Positions 53,887 to 64,000 of a stretch of DNA of 64,000 nucleotides are shown piece after piece. The translations under genes were made by a program, and so were the position numbers. Each line of letters begins with the position of its first letter. Position 1 is the stretch's first letter. The stretch is from the human T2T-CHM13v2.0 reference genome, Homo sapiens. The stretch is from NCBI RefSeq assembly GCF_009914755.1, contig NC_060928.1; one strand, given 5' to 3'. The notes beneath the pieces are model-generated. The model saw only the letters and a list, made by a program, of their open reading frames with translations, was not told the origin of the DNA and made no database searches.

Positions 53887-55840
53887 CCTGTTGGATGAAT
53901 GAATACTGGCTTTTGACCTAACAAGGTTCTAGCGTGCAGGTTGAGGACAATTTACAAGTCATGATACTAGATCCAACTTAATTGCAGAAGCTCCTGCCTT
54001 GCCAATTTGAACATGCCCAAGTTATTTTTCTTTTCTGCCCTTAATTACATTTAGGTCATGCTTGCATATGACGTTTGTGGCGTCAAGATGTCTGGGAAAC
54101 TCCCTGAAAACTATGAAAGGGTGTTTAGGGTCAGAAAATGCCAAGTGGAGAAATCGTTAGGGCTGAAAGTGAGAACAACAATAGGAAGCAAACTCTAGAT
54201 GGTAATTCAGGAAAAGATTAGCATCCCATTATTATTATTATTACTATGTTTAGAGACGGGATCTCGCTCTGTCACTCAGGTTGGAGTGCAGTGGTGTGAT
54301 CATAGCTCAGTGAAGCCTCGAACTCCTGGGCTTAAGCGATCCTCCCGCTTCAGCTTCCCAAAGCGCTGAGATTACAGGCAGGCACCACTGCACCCGGGCT
54401 AGAGTCCTATTATTTTTATGAGATGGGAGCAAGAGAAGTTAAGAGATATTGGCATCAAAAGCTTAAAAAGCTTGCTGCAATTTTACTTGAAAGGATCTTC
54501 TGTAAGAAAAAAGGCCTAAGGAAATAGCAACAAACAAGAAATTGTTCTTAAATATGCTCTGCGTACCAGTCTATTTTGAAAAGCCCTGGGATGGAGTTTT
54601 GATTTGCTGTACTCAAGAAAGCTATTTTTTTTTAAATTGTTTTAAGCAGCAGGTGCTTTCCAATGAACTTGGAACTTCCCTCAATCACAAAAACAGGGGC
54701 CTATTACTTAAAGGTTAAGCTGCACTGAGTTTTCAGCTCATGGTATTAGACTCTGAAATAAAAAAGATTTTCTCCACAAAAGTATGTTTGGAAGTATAAA
54801 AGAAGTAAAAGTCAGTAAAGTTAAAAAAAATGCAATACTTCCTGAAATTGAGCAATCACAAAAGTCACAAGAATGTCATCGAAAGCAGGAAAACTGAATC
54901 AGCACTATAGACAACGAAAGAGATACCTGGAAGACAAATGGGAGAAACATTTCAAAAGCATGGCAATACTGAAGAGGTGAAACGTTTAAAAAGAGGTGAT
55001 TGAGCCAGACAAGGACTGCAAACTCAAAGCGAGGCAGGAAAAATAAGTGAGTGAAATAGTTGGAAAAAACACAAAATAGACAATAGCGAATGGTGGACAT
55101 GAATATGTCAACTGCAGAGTGAATATTCCTTTCTGTGGGTTTGCTAACACTCAACGGCAGCTGACCTCTGCCATGTGAGAATGAGGACCTCTCTTTCCAT
55201 ATTTTCCAAATTTTCAACAGAAGCTTAAAATCTAGATTGGAAAACTAAATTTTTATGGGAAATCTGAGTTTTACATGTTTTCTACTATTTTAAAATTAAA
55301 GCAAGAGGCGGGGTGCAGTGGCTCATGACTGTAATCCCAGCACTTTGGGAGACTAAGGCAGGAGGATTGTTTAAGCCCGAGTTTGAGAGCAGCCTGGGCA
55401 ACATAGTGAGACCCTGTCTCTACACATAACAAAAAAATTAGCCAGGTGTGGTGGCACACACCTGTGGTCCCAGCTACTTGGGGGACTGAGGCAGGGTGAT
55501 CTTGAGCCCTGGAAGTTGAGGATGCAGTGAGATATGATTGGACCACTGCACTCCAGCCTGGGTGACAGAGTGAGACCCTGTCTCAAAAAAAAAATAAAAT
55601 CAACTAATTTAACTAAAGCAATAAATACAAGAGGGCTCATTATGTATAGGACCAACAAAATGCATCTAAGGGCTGAATTCACCCACTCATGGGTTACCAG
55701 CTTTTGGCTTTTGAGTTAAAGAATATAGCATGGAACTCAATGAGAAGAAAAAAACAATTTTTATTATGTCAGTAACCTGCCTCACTGTAGTCAAGGAGAA
55801 AATGCTAACTACATGCACTTACATATCTTCATGTCACTGA

Positions 55841-56326
<486 letters not shown>

Positions 56327-57138
56327 TAACCTCAAGAAAAAATGCACTTGGTTTCACCATGACTAATGTTAACATTTTCTACTTTGTTATTTCAAATATA
56401 ACCATAGCCCTGTGCCGTTGTTTGGCTAGTAGTCCTGCTCCTGATCACTTCTTATCCTCCCTGACCAGTGGCAATAATGCCCCATTTTCCCTCTGCTTTG
56501 CTGCCTTCAATATTTCTCCACCATGTTGCCATGGAAGGCCCCAATCAAAGATACTATCATGGTGCTTCCCAAACCAGGCTATGCACTAGGTTCAACCAGA
56601 GTGCTTGGTTAAAAATACAGATACATGTTTCTGATTCAGTAGTCCGAGGTGGATCCTGGGTGTGTAAAGGCTTTTTTTTCTTATTTAAGAGATGGGGCTC
56701 TTGCTATGTTGTTCAGGCTGGATTTGAACTCCTGGGCTCAAGAGATCCTCCCATCTCAGCCTCCCCAGTACATGGGACTATAGGTGCTCACCACTGCACA
56801 AGGTTTATGTGAAATTTTTAAGTGATGCTGACATAGCCAGCTCTGAAGACCAGTATTTTACATATCATTTTGCTTTTTCTTCATCCTTCCTAAACGGGTG
56901 TCTTATGTCTTTGCCTTACCCTACTCCTCTTCCTGATTACTTTTGTCTGCTCTGAGATCTGTGGCTGCCATCAGTTGATTCCCACCAACAGCCTAATCCC
57001 TCTCCCTGCCCCACAAAGAAGAGTGGAAGCTCTATAGGACAATAAAAGCCAAGGAACTTTGAACTGCCGGAGACCAGTACCTCTGATATTTATTATCAAG
57101 ATCTTGCTTTATGACACAAAGGGAAAATAACCCAAATT

Positions 57139-57802
57139 TGAAACCACCTTTGCAAAAATTACGACGGAGAGAGAAATCTAACACAGCAGGCTCCATCTTG
57201 CTTCTAACCTCCAAGCTGTCCTTGCTCACTCCTGGGCATAGGCCAAGCTGACTATGGGAGGAATTTAGTTTATCATTTAAACAAAGACGATTACAGCCCC
57301 TTACCAAAACTAACCCCCTCTTGTTTGGGGCTCAGGGGTCGTCATACAGCCAGAGGTCACAAGATTTGTAACCTCCCCAATTGCTCCTATAAGTAATATG
57401 ATTATTGTAAAACCTAAGATTGGTATTTGAGATATTTTTCAGATCCTGCATTCTGATTGATCAGCCAGTGCCACATGGACCCATACCAATACATTGTTTC
57501 ATCTGGTCTTGTGACCTCCACCCAAGAATGGACTCAGCACCTGAAGACAGCTCTGACCCCCTGTTATTTCATCCTGAGCCCAACCAATCAGCAGTCCCCA
57601 TTTTCTAGCCTCCCACCCAACAAACTATCCTTGAAAAACCTCAGCCTCTGAGCCTTTGGGAAGGCTTATTTGAGTAACTACTCCTTTCCTTCTGTTTGGC
57701 TAGCCCTGTGATTATTAAACTCTTTCTCTACTGCAATACTTCTGTCTCCGTGAATTGGTTTTATCTGTCTGGTGGGCAATAAGAACCTGTCGGGTGACTA
57801 CA
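57139..57802 (+). mobile_element. LTR8/LTR8A solo LTR (ERV1)
   Basis: tgaaaccacctttgcaaaaattacgac...ctccatcttgcttctaacctccaagctgtcc...gggtgactaca, with near-TSD aatt/gatt. Confidence 0.87.
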
Positions 57803-59049
57803 GATTGAGAAGTCTATATAATTATGGTCAAATCACACCAGGAATCATGTTTAAAACTACAAGGTGTAGATAAATATTTAAATGGAATCTGAAGGTCTTT
57901 CTTTTCTCTGATTAATTGGCAGGGTAATGATGTCTTTGCTAATAACAGAGGAAAACCTGTGACTATATGGTAGTGCAAAGACTACTAACTGACAGGTGTA
58001 GTGAAGAGCTGGCTGGGGAATCCTACCACAGTGCCTAGCACAAAGCAGACATGCAATAGAATACGGGTTAAAGAATGAACCATCAGAGAGGTGATGGTTG
58101 TAAGTCATGAGAATGGATAATATTGTCCAGCAATTGAATTTAAATTTGTGATGAGGCAAGATCATTTTTTAATTTTTGTATAGTAAGAGTGTTTTGTAGT
58201 GCTGGTTACAATGGAGTATTATTAATTCAAATCTTCTACATAATAGATATTTTCCACTGGTTTCTGTCTACGGAGACTTTCTGTTTTTGAGAACCACTGT
58301 CATATTGTTAGCTAACATTTATGGTGTAACTTATTTAATGAAATTAAAAACTTGCATGAACAAATTTTTCTTTTATTTTTCAAACTTTAGTGGAAGAATT
58401 ACCTGAGCGGCTTGTTAAAAATGTCACATCTCTAGAAATTTGGATTTAATATGCCTGGAAGGAGACTGAGGAATCTGTATGTTTAATGAGCACCCCCAAG
58501 TGCTTCTTAAGTGTTAGAAGGATTGTACAAAGGTGAGAGTGGTGAAGAGTTCCATAACAGCCTTATTGCTTATTTTGACTGCTTTTAAATCTAAATGTTA
58601 TTTTCCAAACTTTCCTCCCAGACACTGAGTCCTCTGAGGACCAAATCGGAACAGAGCAAGAAAAGAAAAGGGTCATTCACTCAAAATCTTTTCTTGTAGT
58701 AACTTGGCTTCATTTTGGTATTGTGCATAATTACAAAGCCAGAGGGAGTTTAATATAAATTTATATGAGGCGAAAGTAATTAAGAAGGGAACCGATTAGG
58801 TGAGAATCTCCAATGGTAAAACAAAAGACCTAAAACCATAGAGATACTTGCACAGCCCTGGAAGGGCATTTGTAGCTTGCAGAGGAAGTGAGTGGTACTT
58901 TCTTTCCTTCTTTTTTTTTGAGATGGAGTCTCACTCTGTTGCCCAGGCTGGAGTGCAATCTCAGTGCACGCCAGTGCAGTGGTGTTATCTCAGCTCACTG
59001 CAACCTCTGTCTCCCAGGTTCAAGCAATTCTCCTGCCTCAGCCTCCTGA

Positions 59050-59235
<186 letters not shown>

Positions 59236-59848
59236 TAAAAACAAATATGTGCCAAGAATCTCCCTGACCTCTTCGGAGGTGTAAGAAAAACATCTTATTT
59301 AGGGCTAGGAGCTGGAGAAGTCCAAGCACGTGGTCAGAGCAAGTTTTATTTTTTCGGATTTCACCCTCCCTGCCCCTCCTCTCCCCGCAAAAAGCTAGTA
59401 GAAATAGAATTATCACAGGGTTCAGGAGAAATTGGGGGAAGGATGATTGGAGGGCATGGAATTCTTGTCTAGAGGTAGGAAGTAGAGAATTCCAGGCAGT
59501 GGAAATATTTTGAAGAAATGCCTAGGGAAAGAATGTGTGCGATGCATGAGGAACAGTAAAAACAACTTTTTGGAGCAGGAGGCAGGATTGCAGTGCAGGA
59601 AAGGCAATGTGTGGCAGGCACACCTCAAAATCTCCTTCCCCTACACACAGTAGATGTTGCTAATTGATTCCAGAACATTCCTGCTGTATATATCTTAGAA
59701 TCCTTCACAAGACAGTATATGGAATGCTACTACCATTTGATCAGGGTTGGCACATGATATGAACTCCATCTATTGTCTGAGAAATATTTATAAATAAAAA
59801 TAAATTGTAGAGGTAATGTGTTATCCAATTCTGAATGTTACATATATA

Positions 59849-60769
<921 letters not shown>

Positions 60770-61006
60770 ATTTGTAAACCAATACCTATATATGTATCAA
60801 AATCTACACAGAGCTGCCGCTGCTGCTGCTGTGTGGATGGGTGTGTATCATTAAAGAAAGAAAAATGTCGCAGTAAGGATATATTTTTAACAGAAAATTG
60901 CTTCTTTAATAAAAATAATGCTTTGGGGAGAAACATCAGCATAGCCAATCAAAATTAGTTTATCCAACATATCAAAATGGAAAACTATGCTAAAGTTCAA
61001 GAGATC

Positions 61007-61697
61007 TGTCTCAGTCAATTTTCTGTTGCTTATAACAGAATATCTGAAACTGGGTAATTTATAAAGAAGAGAGGCCGGGCATGGTGGCTCACGCCTGTAA
61101 TCCCAGCACTTTGGAGGCTGAGGTGGGTGGATCGTGAGGTCAGGAGATTGAGACCATCCTGGCTAACACGGTGAAACCCTGTCTCTACTAAAAATACAAA
61201 AAAAAAAAAAAATTATCCGGGCATGGTGGCTGGTGCCTGTAGTCCTAGCTACTCGGGAGGCTGAGGCAGGAGCATGGCATGAACCCAGGAGGTGGGGCTT
61301 GCAGTGAGCCGAGATTGTGGCACTGCATTCCAGCCTGGGGGACATAGAGACTGTGTCTCAAAAAAAAAAAAGAAAAGAAATTTATTTCTTACAGTTATGG
61401 AGGCTGAGAAGCCCAAGGTGGAAGAGCTGCATCTGGCGAGAGCCTTCTTGCTGGTGGGGACTCTCTGCAGAGTCCCAGGGCAAAATGGCCCAAGGCATCA
61501 TATGGTGGGGGAATGAGCACGCTCTCTCAGGTCTCTCTTCCTCTTTGTATAAAGCCACCAGTCCTACTCCCAAGATAACCCACTAATCCATTCATGAGGG
61601 AGAGCCCTCGTGATCCAATCACCTCTTAAAGGTCCTACCTCTCAATTAAGGATTAAGTTTCAACAGGAGTTTTGGAGGGGACATTCAAACCATAGCC
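61007..61697 (-). mobile_element. MSTC/MSTD-like MaLR LTR with nested AluY (about 61073-61375)
   Basis: tgtctcagtc...ctgggtaatttataaagaa[Alu]aaagaaatttatttcttacag...cattcaaaccatagc. Confidence 0.78.
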
Positions 61698-62439
61698 AAC
61701 TTCCAAAGCTAAAAATTCCTCTGGGGGCAAATACTGTGTTTTAAATATTCTTTCAGTGGTTTATAACTGTTTGCATAGCTCTGGACACATATGCTGGTTG
61801 TGTAGAATAATTTGGAACAAGGATAAAATATGTTGTGTTTGATGTAGAAAAAAAAATACCAGTGAGTAAGTTTTGAGAAGTTCTGATATAAATCCTGGAA
61901 TGGGCATATGTTGCAATTGCTATATACAAAAATCCCTTCTAGCCAAGTGTATACTATGTATCAGTTAATTCAATTCCTAATTTAACACAGGGACTCATGT
62001 CATCTGCTTTTAAATCTCTACATTCCATTACTTAAAATAAAATGTTTAGAGGTATGTTTTGAAAACACACTAGGATATATGTGTGTGTAGATATATAGAT
62101 ATAGATATGTGTTTCTCAACAGATTTTGCACTTCTGTATGTCATACATAGATCTATGCTGAACATCAATATAGATCAGTGGTGTTAAGTTATAATGTGCA
62201 CAGGACTCATCTAAGTATCCTTCTAAAATGTAGATCCCATCTCAGTAGGTCTCGAGTGGGTCCTGAGATTTACCTTTCTAATAAGTTCACAGTTGGTGCC
62301 AATGCTGATGGTCCCTGACCCTTGCTTTGAGTAGCTAGGGTCTAGGTCACGGTTTGGATGTATGGAGACAAGCAAACCTGGGTTCAAATCTACTTTCCAC
62401 TCTCTGTGTGTCCTTGGACAAGTAAATTAACTTCTCTGA

Positions 62440-62760
<321 letters not shown>

Positions 62761-64000
62761 TGAGGCTCAGTTTTGACATATTTAAAGTGAGTGTAATACA
62801 ACTTGTCTCATTGGGTTGTCATATTAATGTGATAAGACTATGTCAGTTAAGCATTGTCCTTCCTCTTGACACATACACCATTGTCTCTCTTTCAAATGAA
62901 ATGTGGCTAATAGCAGGGCCTGATTTCATGATAGGGAAAAGTGTTGAGAGCACCGAACCCAGAAGGATAATGATAGTGTGGTGGTGTAGGCTGGCCAATG
63001 GGCTAGGCTTGGATTTTAGTCATTGCTCATATTTGGGAGGCTCAAATAAGATTATGTCCATGAAGATATTTTGAAAACTGCAAATCACTGCAAGTACAAG
63101 AGAATCCAAGTACTAGTGAAAGTCAGTGGGAAAAAAATGTCAGCATGATATGTTGCCAGTATAATGACAATGGCTTACACTTGTGTAGACCGGTTTGCTT
63201 TACAAAGCATTTTTGTATGCTTCATCTCTATTTAACATTAATCTCTATTTAATAGTCACAGCAGACCAGAATATCTAGGAAGTTAAAACTGATTAAACTC
63301 TTTTTACTGCAGACAAGAAAACTAAGGCAAAGAGGTTAAGTGACAAGGCCAAGTAAAAATCATGATTGCTACTCCAACCTCTTTATTTTATAGATGAGTA
63401 AATGAGGCTTGTCTCAAAGTGTTGGCCCTTCATTCTCTTCCCAGTCTCTGCAGGGAAAATACATGAATAATGCGTCACAGAAAATGTTACAAAACCAAAA
63501 GATCAGAAAGTGGACCTAACTGCACAGTCTAGTGGGTAAGAGCATGGATTCTGGCCTTAGACTCCAGCTTTCCCATTGACTAGCTGCATCACCCTGGAAA
63601 AGTGACTTCAACTCTCTGTGCCTCAGTTTCCTTGTCTATGAAAATGAGATGCTAACAGTATCCAGATTTTTAGGCTGTCAGGGGGATTAAATGAATTAAT
63701 ATTTTAAAAGCCCTTAAAATGGTGCTTGGCATATGGTATCTCATGAATATTAGTTACATAAATGTAGTACTTGGCCCTGGAGGGAAAACCAATAGTATCC
63801 CTAGTATCCCACTCCCTTTATGTTCTCCTAGATATTGTAGGATATGTGTACCTGTTCTACAAGGCTGTGGAAAGAAGGAAAAGAAGCAGAAAGTAAGCTA
63901 CATATCTCAAGTGACAGAGTGGAAAGGCTGGAATTTGAATTCAACTCAGTGGAACCCGAAGCCTTCATTCTTCTTTCCACTGAACTCCCAGACATGAATT

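Overview
Human (primate) genomic DNA, very rich in Alu and LTR elements, containing the 5' half of PLAC8 (placenta-associated 8/onzin) on the minus strand. Two coding exons are present: 8987-9104 (ATG, MQAQAPVVVVTQPG...DCGV) and 6077-6201 (CLCGTFCFPCLGC...RYGIP). The remaining 3' exons lie before base 1. Candidate non-coding first exons sit at about 15833-15925, in a CpG island at about 10.7-11.3 kb, and possibly far upstream at about 38.1-38.2 kb. The rest is intronic or upstream sequence dominated by transposon relics: a Tigger1 riddled with nested insertions, a full-length THE1 MaLR provirus with a perfect TSD, two LTR8-type LTRs, other ERV1/MaLR LTRs, old L1 fragments and dozens of Alus. 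Almost all ORFs in the supplied track are Alu/LTR artefacts. I found no evidence of a new protein-coding system. The best leads are regulatory: LTR-derived enhancers or promoters co-oriented with PLAC8, a first exon that also contains internal splice acceptors, and several unusual small rearrangements. Repeat family names come from recalled consensus sequences, not from a database search.
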